NCBI GenBank assembly: GCA_043827025.1
Contig: JBDRPL010000009.1
Span: 4,075 to 68,074 of the forward strand
From: Candidatus Micrarchaeota archaeon
Lineage (GTDB): Archaea; Micrarchaeota; Micrarchaeia; Anstonellales; Bilamarchaeaceae
DNA: 64,000 bases
Direction of reading: 5' to 3'
Below the pieces are notes generated by a model that ran no database searches, was not told where the DNA came from, and saw nothing but the letters and a program-made list of their open reading frames with translations. Position numbers and translations under genes: made by a program. Positions 1 to 9,736 of this stretch are shown here, one piece after another. Numbering within the stretch: the stretch's first letter is position 1; every line of letters starts with the position of its first letter.

Positions 1-1
1 T

Positions 2-301
2 TTTTTCACTTTCCTTTAGTTGCCCATATTCTTTTTTGCTTATTTCGATAGGCATGCCTATGTATCCGCATTTGGTGCAGGTTATTTTGGTTTCTATTGA
101 AAAAGAACCCATCTCAGAAAGTTTGTCATCTTCAAAATCCTGTTCGCCAACTATGTGCTTGCATTTCGGGCAAATGATTAGGTCATTTTCGTTCTCTTCT
201 TTGCCTTCTTCTGCCTCTTTTTTCCTTTTTGCGGCTTCCTTGTCTTCGTATTCATCCATCTTTTTCACTGCATCGTTTATCTCTTCCTCTTCAGTAGTCA
301 T
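2..301 (-). CDS. Small acidic zinc-ribbon protein, partial (runs off window start)
   Basis: Not in ORF track. ATG at 301 reads MTTEEEEINDAVKKMDEYED...CPKCKH...CTKCGY...; two CxxC motifs; frame open to window edge. Confidence 0.75.
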   Translation of the reverse strand, partial: MTTEEEEINDAVKKMDEYEDKEAAKRKKEAEEGKEENENDLIICPKCKHIVGEQDFEDDKLSEMGSFSIETKITCTKCGYIGMPIEISKKEYGQLKESEK

Positions 302-470
302 GGTATCAACAACTCTATTTTATTTTATATCTCTTTCGTTTATTCTCTTGCAATTTGTTTAAACACAAGAAACAAGAGCTTTAGCGTAAAATTTCCTTTT
401 AGGTCTCTTGAAAAAGCACTAGGCAGTGACCTTGTGGTCACTTCTAGTCTTTTTTCTATTAAGAAAAAAG

Positions 471-634
471 CGCTAGGGGAGAGATTTGAACTCTCGAACG
501 GTTACCCGCAGCAGGTGTCCAAACTTTTAGGAAATTATTAACTTCCATCAAAGGTTTTTTGGGTACCAAAGCCTTTTTTTACAAAAAAGGCTTTGTTAGC
601 AACCTGCCGCCCTACCGGACTAGGCGACCCCAGC
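471..634 (-). tRNA. tRNA-Ser(GCT) with 80-nt intron at 37/38 (intron 517-596)
   Basis: Acceptor GCTGGGG/CCCTAGC + G73, anticodon stem GCAGG/CCTGC with loop TT-GCT-A|A, long variable arm, T arm GAGAG-TTCAAAT-CTCTC. Confidence 0.93.
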
Positions 635-692
635 ACAAACACTAATCGTTGTTTGTAGCCTAAGAAAAGGGATAAACAATTTAATAAATTAA

Positions 693-1868
693 CTATTGAA
701 GTTTGCCCCAGCCGGAAAGTTTCCATCTCTGACCTATTTTCCTGCTGATTGCAATCTTGTAATTGCTTTCTATGACTATCGGTTTCTTGAGTTTTATCTG
801 GTAAGTTCCCTTGTGAATCTTCATGACAATTCCAACAGAAGTTGCAGTCTGTGCATTTACAACAACTGGCTCGCCTTCTTTCAAAGGAAGTTCCTGACTA
901 CCCTTTCTTTTCAGGACTTCGTATTTTATCCTGAATTCCTCCAAGGCATCAGGCAGTTCATTAACATGGCCTACAACTGCGCCTACAAGTATATCTGTTT
1001 TTGTTATCGCCGGGTCAAGGTCGGTTCCTATTGCTATCAGCCCGCCTGGCTTTGCCTCAGTGAGTTTTTCATTCTCTTCCCTAAGTGAATTTATGGTGAA
1101 TTTCAATGGCTGAACCTTTCCACCTTCTTTCATGGCAATGCCTGGCTTTAATTCCACCTTATCACCAATCTTAAGAACGCCTTGTATTATCGAACCTCCA
1201 ATAACACCACCTTTCAACTCTTTTATAGGAGTTCCTGGCTTGTTAATATCAAAGGATCTTGAGATGTGCATTCTTATCTTCGCCTTTTCATCTCTTTGCG
1301 GTGTTTTGATTGTTTCCTCGATCATCTTAATGAGTTCAGGTAGATTTATGCCGTAATTCGCAGCAACAGGCACTATGGGTGCATTTTCCGCAACTGAGCC
1401 CTTAAGGAATTCCTTTATCTGCTTGTAATTCTCAAGCGCCTTTTCCTTGGTTGCAAGATCTATCTTTGTCTGAACAACAATTATGTTTTTTATGCCTATT
1501 GAATTCAGGACCATCAGGTGTTCTGCAGTTTGTGGCTGAGGACATTCCTCATTGGCAGCTATCAGGAAAAGCGCGCCGTCAAGTATGCTTGAGGCTGAGA
1601 TCACAGTTGTCATCAGTGTTTCATGGCCAGGGGCATCAACAAAAGATATCCTTCTGCTGAATTCATAGCCTGGCTCTTTTTTCAATGAGTATTTGCCTGT
1701 TTCCTTGTTATGATAAATTTCAGCGTTTGCATAGCCTAGTCTTATGGATATTCCTCTCTTAATTTCTTCGCTATGGGTGTCAGTCCATTTACCTGTAAGG
1801 GCTTTTGTAAGAGTGGTTTTGCCATGGTCAACATGGCCAAGTAAACCTATGTTTATTTCAGCCTGCAA
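693..1868 (-). CDS. eif2g: Translation initiation factor 2 gamma subunit
   Basis: GHVDHGKT, HSEEIKRGISIRLGY, FVDAPGHE, QTKID, RSFDINKPG motifs. Confidence 0.98.
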   Translation of the reverse strand: MQAEINIGLLGHVDHGKTTLTKALTGKWTDTHSEEIKRGISIRLGYANAEIYHNKETGKYSLKKEPGYEFSRRISFVDAPGHETLMTTVISASSILDGALFLIAANEECPQPQTAEHLMVLNSIGIKNIIVVQTKIDLATKEKALENYKQIKEFLKGSVAENAPIVPVAANYGINLPELIKMIEETIKTPQRDEKAKIRMHISRSFDINKPGTPIKELKGGVIGGSIIQGVLKIGDKVELKPGIAMKEGGKVQPLKFTINSLREENEKLTEAKPGGLIAIGTDLDPAITKTDILVGAVVGHVNELPDALEEFRIKYEVLKRKGSQELPLKEGEPVVVNAQTATSVGIVMKIHKGTYQIKLKKPIVIESNYKIAISRKIGQRWKLSGWGKLQ

Positions 1869-1874
1869 CTAAAA

Positions 1875-2261
1875 TCAGCTCTTTTTCTCCTGTTTTGGGA
1901 ACAGTTGGTCAAGAGGTGCTGTGCCTGCCGCGGTTACTACGCAGTTTATCTGCATCATATCCGAGGAATATGTGTTTCCATGCACCATCTTTCTTCGTCT
2001 TTCGCCATTTCTTTTTGTGTGGAATCCCACGCCTTTTGTAAGAAGGATCTGTCTTTTGGTGGCCCCCCCTACATCTTTTCTCATTGGGAATCCGCTCGTG
2101 TCGCTTCCGCCGCTAAGCTTGAATTTGTAGCCTGCTGCTCCAAACATTCCACCATCGATCTCCTCGCCGAGTTTCTTTCCGATTACGGTCGACTCTTGTT
2201 CGGGAGTCATGTCTTTCTGATAGCTTTTTCCTGTTTTTGTGTCAGATACGACTAATTTCAT
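1875..2261 (-). CDS. rps6e: 30S ribosomal protein S6e
   Basis: GGSDTSGFPMRKDV and GERRRKMVHGN motifs; usual adjacency to eIF2-gamma. Confidence 0.96.
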   Translation of the reverse strand: MKLVVSDTKTGKSYQKDMTPEQESTVIGKKLGEEIDGGMFGAAGYKFKLSGGSDTSGFPMRKDVGGATKRQILLTKGVGFHTKRNGERRRKMVHGNTYSSDMMQINCVVTAAGTAPLDQLFPKQEKKS

Positions 2262-2445
2262 GAATACACCTCATAATTTGTAAATAGAAGTGTATGGTTA
2301 AATTAAAAAAGCTTGTGAGGGGGATTGAAATCAGGTTTTTATTTGCTTCTGACGATTATGTCTTCATAAAGAACTCGACAACAATACAGATACAGAAGGG
2401 AAACGCGATAACCTGAAGCTCGGACTGCAGATCCTGGCAGTACTT

Positions 2446-2673
2446 TTGGTGCTTATGCTAGCATTTTTCCTAATCTCGCCAATCATTTCCTTGTTGCTTA
2501 TATTTGCTTCTGCCATTTGTTCATTGGCAGTGATGATACTGGCAACCATAGAGGTTGTCAAATCGAAAAAATCTGATGATTCCAAGGCCCTTTGGATACT
2601 TGGAATCTGGTTGTTGCTAGGTCTGTTAGGAGTAATACTTTATTATTTCATAGGAAGGGAAAAGAAACAATAA
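2446..2673 (+). CDS. PLDc N-terminal-like small membrane protein (start uncertain)
   Basis: Two hydrophobic helices with K(A)LWIxxIxxLxxLGxILYYFIGR pattern; frame open upstream to 2353 without ATG. Confidence 0.65.
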   Translation: MVLMLAFFLISPIISLLLIFASAICSLAVMILATIEVVKSKKSDDSKALWILGIWLLLGLLGVILYYFIGREKKQ

Positions 2674-2681
2674 AATTATTT

Positions 2682-3062
2682 CTACCTTTTTTGAGTATAC
2701 CCTATACCTATAACAAACTCATCACAATATCTTGACAAGTATGCGGACCTTGGCTCCAAGTTCTTGCAGTTGGGTTTGTTCAGGCTCACCAATTTTTTTA
2801 TTATCTTCCTTATATCAGCTACTGTTTCTTTTATTTTTGTCACGTTACGGGCGAGTCCAAGAGTATTTTCCTTATCCGCTATCTCTAGGAACTTTTTGAT
2901 GCCCATGTTGATACCTGAGACTGGCTGTTTTAGTTCTAGGTTCCTAAATACCCACCCTGGTTTCATCTGCGAGCTGAAATGGTTCATAAAGTTGAATTTT
3001 CTATCTTTCAGTTGGACGAAATTTCCGTTGAAATAGTAATAACTATCCATTGTGTCCGGCAT
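2682..3062 (-). CDS. Hypothetical protein
   Basis: Open frame downstream of TPR gene; ATG at 3062 removes the overlap; no motif recognised. Confidence 0.55.
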   Translation of the reverse strand: MPDTMDSYYYFNGNFVQLKDRKFNFMNHFSSQMKPGWVFRNLELKQPVSGINMGIKKFLEIADKENTLGLARNVTKIKETVADIRKIIKKLVSLNKPNCKNLEPRSAYLSRYCDEFVIGIGYTQKR

Positions 3063-3063
3063 C

Positions 3064-3573
3064 TTATCTCTTCTCAAGCTCAAGTATCTTTGTCTCTAAT
3101 TTCTCCTTTGCTTTTTCATTTATTTTCGGGTTGTTCTTGAAGAATGTCCTGAAGAATTCTTTCAATAGTGAGATGGTTTTCTTTTTGTCTGCATCATATG
3201 CGAGTTTCAGGAGCTCCTTGGATTTTGCATCATTCAGGAACATGTACCCTATTGCAAGGAAGAAGTATGTTTCAGCATCCTTCTTTATCTTTTCAGCTTC
3301 CTCGAATTTTTGCACTGCTTCATTCACTTCGAATGTTTCCATGTATGCCATGCCGTCTGCCTTGAAATATTCAGGTTTTTTCTTTATGGAAACGGCGTGT
3401 TCAAAACATTCATGCGCATATGGATAATTATCCAGTTTAAGTGAGATTATGCCCCTAAGATACCATAACTCGTCATTTTTATACTGGCTTTTAAGTAGCG
3501 AATCTATTATTTTGGCTGCTTCCCTGTGTTTGCCTTGTGAAAGTAGTTTTTTTGCATTTTCCAGTTCGCTCAT
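3064..3573 (-). CDS. Tetratricopeptide repeat protein
   Basis: TPR-like patterns (WYLRGIISLKLDNYPYAHECFEHA; AVQKFEEA; YFFLAIGY). Confidence 0.85.
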   Translation of the reverse strand: MSELENAKKLLSQGKHREAAKIIDSLLKSQYKNDELWYLRGIISLKLDNYPYAHECFEHAVSIKKKPEYFKADGMAYMETFEVNEAVQKFEEAEKIKKDAETYFFLAIGYMFLNDAKSKELLKLAYDADKKKTISLLKEFFRTFFKNNPKINEKAKEKLETKILELEKR

Positions 3574-3625
3574 GTTGATATCTTGTTACTCTAGCCTTAA
3601 ATAATTTTGCCATAGAGAACTCATT

Positions 3626-4006
3626 ATGAAGAAAGTAGTACTTGATACGAATTTCCTTCTTGCGCCTTACCAGTTTAAGATAGACATATTCACCCAGCTT
3701 CGGGATATGATACCTACAAATTACGAGTTGTATGTGTCCAAGAGGATATTGCACGAAATAACCAGGTTGTCACAGAGCACAGGAAGGCATGCCTCAGCTG
3801 CGCGATTCGCTCTCAAACTTATTGCAGTAAACAAGGTGAAAGTAATTGATTCGGATGAATTTGCAGATGATTGGATTGTCAAGTATGCGGAAGAAGACGA
3901 AGATGTCATTGTCTGCACGAACGATATATTTCTAAAGAACAGAGTCAAGGCGCGTAAGAGAAAAGTCGTTGGAATGAGGACAAAGGCGAGACTTGCTTTT
4001 CTTTGA
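3626..4006 (+). CDS. PIN-domain nuclease, Fcf1/Utp24-like
   Basis: VVLDTNFL, ADDWIV, CTNDxxLK motifs; typical neighbour of eIF2-gamma/rpS6e. Confidence 0.9.
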   Translation: MKKVVLDTNFLLAPYQFKIDIFTQLRDMIPTNYELYVSKRILHEITRLSQSTGRHASAARFALKLIAVNKVKVIDSDEFADDWIVKYAEEDEDVIVCTNDIFLKNRVKARKRKVVGMRTKARLAFL

Positions 4007-4045
4007 TGCCAATTCTTTTTTATATCTTAACTTAGTTATCTTTTC

Positions 4046-5002
4046 ATGCCTAACCACCCTATCCTTCTTTACCGCGGAGGCGAGTTCGATGCGAACTTCT
4101 ATCACTATTCAAATCTTGACATAGACAACGGAATACTTTTGGTAGATGGAAACAAAAAGACATTGTTCATCTCGAAGATGAACGAAACCTTCGCAAAGAA
4201 ATGGTTCGATGGAAAAGTAGTTGTTTACAAGGAAACTAAGGAACTAGCTAAACACATCAAATCCAAGAAATTGTTTTTCGATTCCAAATCTATGACTGTA
4301 AGAATCCACAAGCGTCTCTCTAAATTATTCAAACTGGAAGATGCTTCCGAGCAGCTTGCATTGGCGCGAGTGAAAAAAACAAGCGATGAGGTTTCAAAAA
4401 TAAGAAGAGCAGTTTCACTGTCAAAGAAAATATTTGGCGAACTCGATTTTTCGAACTTCAAAACAGAAAGCGATGTTCGTAAATTCCTTCTCGTGCGAAC
4501 CCTGGAGTTGGGATTGGAGCCCGCATTTCAGCCGATAGTTGCATCTGGAAGAAATGCCTCCATGCCTCATTATTCCGAGTTCAATTCAAAACTTTCTGAT
4601 TTGGTGCTAGTGGATTATGGAGTAAGATACAAACACTACAATGCGGATTTGACAAGATGTTTTTTCTTGAAAAAAGACAATAAAAAGGAACAGGCATATG
4701 AATCAGTAAAGCAAGTCTTCAACGAGCTTGTTGATAATTTCCAGAACTTCAAAACAGCAAAGCAGTTTGCAGAATTTGGCGCCAAACAAATGAAAAAACA
4801 GGGACTGCCTGAAATGATTCATTCATTTGGCCATGGCATTGGATTAGATGTGCATGAGAAGCCAAGGCTAAGCGTTTTTTCAAAGGACAAACTCTTGCCA
4901 AAGACTGCAATGGCAATCGAGCCTGCTGCTTACTTCAAGGATTTTGGAGTTAGATATGAAGAAACTGTTTATTTTGATGGGAAGAAAGCAAGAATATTGT
5001 AG
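4046..5002 (+). CDS. Xaa-Pro aminopeptidase (M24 family)
   Basis: DYG, ADLTRC, HSFGHGIGLDVHE, IEP, GVRYEE metal-ligand motifs. Confidence 0.92.
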   Translation: MPNHPILLYRGGEFDANFYHYSNLDIDNGILLVDGNKKTLFISKMNETFAKKWFDGKVVVYKETKELAKHIKSKKLFFDSKSMTVRIHKRLSKLFKLEDASEQLALARVKKTSDEVSKIRRAVSLSKKIFGELDFSNFKTESDVRKFLLVRTLELGLEPAFQPIVASGRNASMPHYSEFNSKLSDLVLVDYGVRYKHYNADLTRCFFLKKDNKKEQAYESVKQVFNELVDNFQNFKTAKQFAEFGAKQMKKQGLPEMIHSFGHGIGLDVHEKPRLSVFSKDKLLPKTAMAIEPAAYFKDFGVRYEETVYFDGKKARIL

Positions 5003-5005
5003 TGC

Positions 5006-5407
5006 TTAATAAATTATCACTTCTAATTTTTCGATTTGATCAAAGTGTTTCTTGTTTCTCGTAATTATCTTAGATATTCCGTTGCTCAGGCAAGCTGCGG
5101 CAATAAGATAATCAGGTTCATCTATCAGGATGCCTTTCTTTCGTAAATTGGCGTATAGTTCAGCTGCTCTTTTTGAAACTTCAAAGTCTATGTCTAACAC
5201 ATATAGATTTGAAACAATTGCTTCCAATGCGCTGAAATGTTTTTCTCTATTATGGGGTAAAAGATAGATCCCTCTCAAAACTTCGTAAACATTTATTGTA
5301 GTAGTATAGAATGCATTCTCTTTCTTCAATTGCTCTATGATGGCTATTGCTTTCTGTTCGCCTTTCAGAATGTCAATCAAGACAGCTGTATCCAGCAGAA
5401 CCTTCAT
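5006..5407 (-). CDS. vapC: VapC PIN-domain toxin
   Basis: LLDTAVLID, INVYEV, DYLIAA, ITRNKKHF. Confidence 0.92.
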   Translation of the reverse strand: MKVLLDTAVLIDILKGEQKAIAIIEQLKKENAFYTTTINVYEVLRGIYLLPHNREKHFSALEAIVSNLYVLDIDFEVSKRAAELYANLRKKGILIDEPDYLIAAACLSNGISKIITRNKKHFDQIEKLEVIIY

Positions 5408-5631
5408 TGCGTGTCAGCTCTCCACTTTTGTTTCCTTGCCTTATTTGTTTCTTCCTCGATAAATTTAAGGTCATCTTTGTAGTTCGCAAGAAGGCCGTAG
5501 CATTTGCTTATGTCTTTTTCTTCAACAAGGCTTCTGATAATATCTGAGAAGCTTTCATCGTCCTTCTTAAGCCTCTTCAATAGAGTGTAAACATCTTCGG
5601 TTATGGATATGTTGATACTGCCCATACTCAT
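5404..5631 (-). CDS. VapB-like antitoxin (archaeal DUF217-type)
   Basis: NISITEDVYxxLKRLKxxxESFSDIIxxL; 4-nt overlap with vapC. Confidence 0.85.
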   Translation of the reverse strand: MSMGSINISITEDVYTLLKRLKKDDESFSDIIRSLVEEKDISKCYGLLANYKDDLKFIEEETNKARKQKWRADTQ

Positions 5632-5668
5632 ATATGTACATGGATTAATTTATAATGCTTTGTATGAG

Positions 5669-8353
5669 CTATTTCCTCTCCCCATATTCCTTCAAGAACG
5701 CACTGTACTCTTTCAGCATATCTTCTGTCAAAGATGGCCTTCTTGTCTTTATTATCGCGGCAATGTTATCGGTGGTCATCTTTACCTTCTTTCCAGCTAT
5801 CTTCTGCCTAAGAATATCCATCTTCACCTGCTGGCAGATTGAATAAATGTCTGCACCTGTGAACCCAAGTGTCATTTTTCCAAGTTTCTTAAGATCAAGC
5901 CCGTCTGAAATATCTCCAAGATATAACTTGAACATCTCTGCCCTTCCTCTTTCATTTGGAGGTGGGATGTAGAATATCTTATCAAATCTTCCTGGTCTCA
6001 GAATCGCAGTATCAAGTGCACCAGGCCTATTGGTAGTCCCGACAACAACGACTCCCTTCAATTCGTTTATACCATCCATCTCTGTCAAAAATTGCCCTGT
6101 TACTTCAGAAGCCATGGTGCCCCGTGACGGTGCAATACTTTCAATTTCATCAACAAATATTATTGCAGGGGTATTCTCACGCGCACGGTTGAACGTTTCT
6201 TTTATTATTGAGACGGCCTGGCTATAACCTCGTTTCACAATTTCTGCTCCGGTGAGCACCTGGAAAGATGCCTTTAATTCTCCTGATGCTGCCTTTACAA
6301 TAAGGGTCTTACCTGTTCCTGGCGGACCGAAAAGCAGAATTCCTTTTGCAGGCTTTATTTTCATTTTTTTCATTTCTTCTTCATGCAATAAAGGGAATTC
6401 AATTGTTTCAAGGAATGCCTGTTTTACCCGATCCAACCCAATGACCTCTTCCCATTTTACAATCTCTTTCTTTTCTGTTTCTTTGGCCCCTATTCTCCTT
6501 TCGAAATCTGTCCTGAATTGCTTGAAGTTGTCAAGGCTTGCAATGCTTGTACTTGGCTTCACTTTGCTGATTATATCAATCACATGCTCTGTTTTCAATG
6601 GCACTACGACTCCTTTCTTCATAGCTTCCTTTGCAGCAAGTTTCACAGCCTCATTTATTATATTTTTTATGTCTGCACCGGAGAATCTCTCTGTTTTTTC
6701 TGCGAATTTTTTGTAGTCTATCTTGTCCTCAATAGGCAGGTTCTTGAGGTGGACTCTGAATATCGCTTCCCTTGTTTTCTTGTCAGGAAGAGACATATAT
6801 ATTATCTTATCAAGCCTTCCAGGCCTTAGCAATGCCTCGTCAATCTGGTCAGGCACATTCGTGGCGCCTATGAGTATAACTGGCTTCTTGGATTTTATTC
6901 CTCCATCTATCTGCTGGAGCAGAATGCTGAGCACTCTCTGTGCCACATCATCATTTTGCAGGCTCCTTTTCTTCCCTATGCTATCGATCTCATCGAAAAA
7001 CAATATGGACGGTGCATTCTTTCTGGCGATTTCGAAGACTTCGCTTACATTCCTTTCAGATTCGCCGTGCCATTGGCTCATGATATCGGATGCCTTCACA
7101 TAATAGAAACCATATTTCAGTTCCTTTGCCAATGCCCGCATGAGCATGGTTTTACCTGTTCCAGGAGGACCGAACAAAAGAATGCCTGATGGTGCCTTCA
7201 TCCCATAAGTATATGCAAGTTCTTTCTTTTCCAGAGGGACAACTATGGATTCCTTTAATTCATCCTTTACATCATCATAGCCCCCTACGTCTTTCATGGA
7301 GACTTCGCTGGAGCCAAGGCCCATGTCCTGCAAGCCGAACTTCCCGAATTTTTTCATCTTTTCAGTGCGGTTTATCTCTTCTTCCTTGCTTATCTTCACT
7401 TCGAATTGTTCGAGTATTGCTATTAAAATTACTGAAGATGCAACCATTCCTACGAATTCCATGTGGAATTCGGTTGAGGTCAGAGTGGCTATAAAATAAT
7501 AAATTGGGATTATAAGCAAATATGCTAAACTCGCAATGCTTTGTGACCTTCTGTTTCTCATTGTTCCTGAAAGGGAGCTGACGAGGTAAAGTACAACTGC
7601 CCACCCTAGTATCTGGATAATCCCAGTATCAGAGAATAGGACAAGCCAGACATTGCTGAATGTTTTTCCCATTGCATTGTCTAATTCGCTCACAGCCTCC
7701 CAGGTGGCAAGTCCTGCAAGCGAACTCAACCCTGTTGGAATGATTTGTACAATTTCCGTAGGGCCCTTGGAAATCATCAGGTCTTGACTTGCAGGCTGAT
7801 ACAACGCTATGTTCACTGGAAGGTATGCGCTATTTTCCATGAGCCATATGGAGGAAAAGAGGAGGATGAGAAATACAGATGCGCTTGCAATACCAAGGCT
7901 TTTCTTTGATCCGAAATGAAATGCAGCAATAAGCATTCCGAATATGGTAAACCATCCGAAGAACGAACCAAAAGGTGTGCCATGGAATGCAAATGGCGAT
8001 AGTATCAGTATCTGCAGGGCTGAAATTATTGCCCATTGGGTGAACATCTGGAAAAAGGTAAGTGATATCAATAATGTAAAGAGCCATGCAAGGGGGGCGG
8101 ATTGGTATGCAACTGCAGGGAATGCCAAGACCATTCCAAGGCCTGTGCCTGCCCATGGGACTTTATATGCCACGGCCCCGCAGATTATGGCAAGAATTAT
8201 ATTTAGTGGATTTGGGTAGAATGTAAAAGTGTTGAACAAAAACAGTGTTCCTAGAAATACAAGCATTGAGTTCCAGAACTCTTCATTATCTTGTATCATT
8301 TTTAGGTATGCCCGGACTTTTTGATGTGCCAAGGAGGTTTGCTGAGTTGCCAT
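5669..8353 (-). CDS. Tandem AAA+ (CDC48/VCP-like) ATPase with polytopic N-terminal membrane domain
   Basis: Two GPPGTGKT Walker A, FFDEID/FVDEIE Walker B, LLRPGRLD/ILRPGRFD arginine fingers; first ~320 aa carry about 10 hydrophobic helices. Confidence 0.92.
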   Translation of the reverse strand: MATQQTSLAHQKVRAYLKMIQDNEEFWNSMLVFLGTLFLFNTFTFYPNPLNIILAIICGAVAYKVPWAGTGLGMVLAFPAVAYQSAPLAWLFTLLISLTFFQMFTQWAIISALQILILSPFAFHGTPFGSFFGWFTIFGMLIAAFHFGSKKSLGIASASVFLILLFSSIWLMENSAYLPVNIALYQPASQDLMISKGPTEIVQIIPTGLSSLAGLATWEAVSELDNAMGKTFSNVWLVLFSDTGIIQILGWAVVLYLVSSLSGTMRNRRSQSIASLAYLLIIPIYYFIATLTSTEFHMEFVGMVASSVILIAILEQFEVKISKEEEINRTEKMKKFGKFGLQDMGLGSSEVSMKDVGGYDDVKDELKESIVVPLEKKELAYTYGMKAPSGILLFGPPGTGKTMLMRALAKELKYGFYYVKASDIMSQWHGESERNVSEVFEIARKNAPSILFFDEIDSIGKKRSLQNDDVAQRVLSILLQQIDGGIKSKKPVILIGATNVPDQIDEALLRPGRLDKIIYMSLPDKKTREAIFRVHLKNLPIEDKIDYKKFAEKTERFSGADIKNIINEAVKLAAKEAMKKGVVVPLKTEHVIDIISKVKPSTSIASLDNFKQFRTDFERRIGAKETEKKEIVKWEEVIGLDRVKQAFLETIEFPLLHEEEMKKMKIKPAKGILLFGPPGTGKTLIVKAASGELKASFQVLTGAEIVKRGYSQAVSIIKETFNRARENTPAIIFVDEIESIAPSRGTMASEVTGQFLTEMDGINELKGVVVVGTTNRPGALDTAILRPGRFDKIFYIPPPNERGRAEMFKLYLGDISDGLDLKKLGKMTLGFTGADIYSICQQVKMDILRQKIAGKKVKMTTDNIAAIIKTRRPSLTEDMLKEYSAFLKEYGERK

Positions 8354-8518
8354 TGGAACTATTTTACCTTTTATGTTTTTTAATCTTCCCTGCCAGACTT
8401 TTCCGGTGATTATGCAGATACTAAGAAATTTTTAGTTTCAGGAATTGCAGTGTCTAAGCTGGGCGAATGAAAAAATATAAAAAAAAACAAAAAACAAATA
8501 AAACTGTTTTTTCTTTTT

Positions 8519-9715
8519 TTATCTACAAGCCAATTTCGTATATTCCTCAGAATATTTTCCAGCAGTAGGCGTGCCTGTGCTTCCAAGTACAAATCTCGTA
8601 AAGAAGACTTTTGATGCACCGTTTCTCAAAGCTCCAAGGAATGAAGGTGCCATATCTGCCTTTTCCTTGTATTCAGCCTCGGTTATCCATATTGGTTTGC
8701 TGATGTTGACAGCATTAAGCTGTTCCTTCCATTTTTTAGTATTTAGGTTGGTGACATCCCCACTTTTTACATAGTGCATGTTGGTTATGTCTATATAATC
8801 TCCAAGTCCTTTTTGGTATTCTACTTTCCAGTATAGCAAAAACGTAGTTGTGGTTCCTGCTGCGCCACCTTGTACTATCTTGCAGTCTTCGCAAGTCTCT
8901 TTGATTGCCCCATAGCTTGCCTTTACGACATCCAGATAATCCTGCTGGTCTCCTTTGAAGAAGTTCAGGGTACTTGATTCCAATTCAGGTTCATTTATTA
9001 TTTCCCAATATTTTATCGGGTATTTCAAGCCAGGCATATCATTGATACCATCTCCATCATATCTTTCAACCAGCTTGGTCAGGAACTTCGTATAATCTGC
9101 CATGCTATATGGTTTACATCTCATGGCAGGTATTCCCTTGTTGGTTCCACTTGGATAGAATTCATCCTCCTTTCCTACACTACAATCCTTTGAGTATTTC
9201 TTCTGGTCCCAGTCTGCAAATGGCCAGATTGTTGCGAGTATTGTTACGTTATTTTTCTGGGCGGCAATGGCATATTCATCAGTTCTGCTGAAATCGTATT
9301 TCTCTGCCTCAGTTGGCTGGACGAACCCCCAGACAAATGGGCCAGGGTGTGGTCTTACCCAGCTTGCACCTATTGTATTTACTGTTGACATTTCTTCAGG
9401 AGTTCCGACAAGGAATCCAATACAGTTTCCCTCTATTTCTGGAGGTATGGACAACTTTTCGGTTTTTGCTGGTTCCACTACGGTGGTTTCCTCCTTTGGA
9501 GGCTCTACGACAGGAAGTTCCTGTGTTTTATTTTCAACGGGTATAATCGGAATCTGATCAATCGGTTTTTTTTCTGGTTCGATTACTGTCACCTTTTCCT
9601 GTTCTACCACGATCTTTACGTTCACTTCTTCAGGTGCTTCCTGCTTTTTAGCAGTACTCTGTGTGCATCCGAAAACCAGCATCAATATCAAGATAGCAGC
9701 CATCAGCCTTTTCAT
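8519..9715 (-). CDS. Lipoprotein glycoside hydrolase, clan GH-A-like TIM barrel
   Basis: Lipobox-like VFGC, Pro/Glu-rich linker, WEIINEPE acid/base motif and WITE nucleophile motif. Confidence 0.75.
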   Translation of the reverse strand: MKRLMAAILILMLVFGCTQSTAKKQEAPEEVNVKIVVEQEKVTVIEPEKKPIDQIPIIPVENKTQELPVVEPPKEETTVVEPAKTEKLSIPPEIEGNCIGFLVGTPEEMSTVNTIGASWVRPHPGPFVWGFVQPTEAEKYDFSRTDEYAIAAQKNNVTILATIWPFADWDQKKYSKDCSVGKEDEFYPSGTNKGIPAMRCKPYSMADYTKFLTKLVERYDGDGINDMPGLKYPIKYWEIINEPELESSTLNFFKGDQQDYLDVVKASYGAIKETCEDCKIVQGGAAGTTTTFLLYWKVEYQKGLGDYIDITNMHYVKSGDVTNLNTKKWKEQLNAVNISKPIWITEAEYKEKADMAPSFLGALRNGASKVFFTRFVLGSTGTPTAGKYSEEYTKLACR

Positions 9716-9736
9716 ATTTTCACCTTTTCTTTATCT

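Noticed and set aside
538-726. 62-aa - strand ORF
   Set aside because: Overlaps tRNA-Ser and its intron; not coding.
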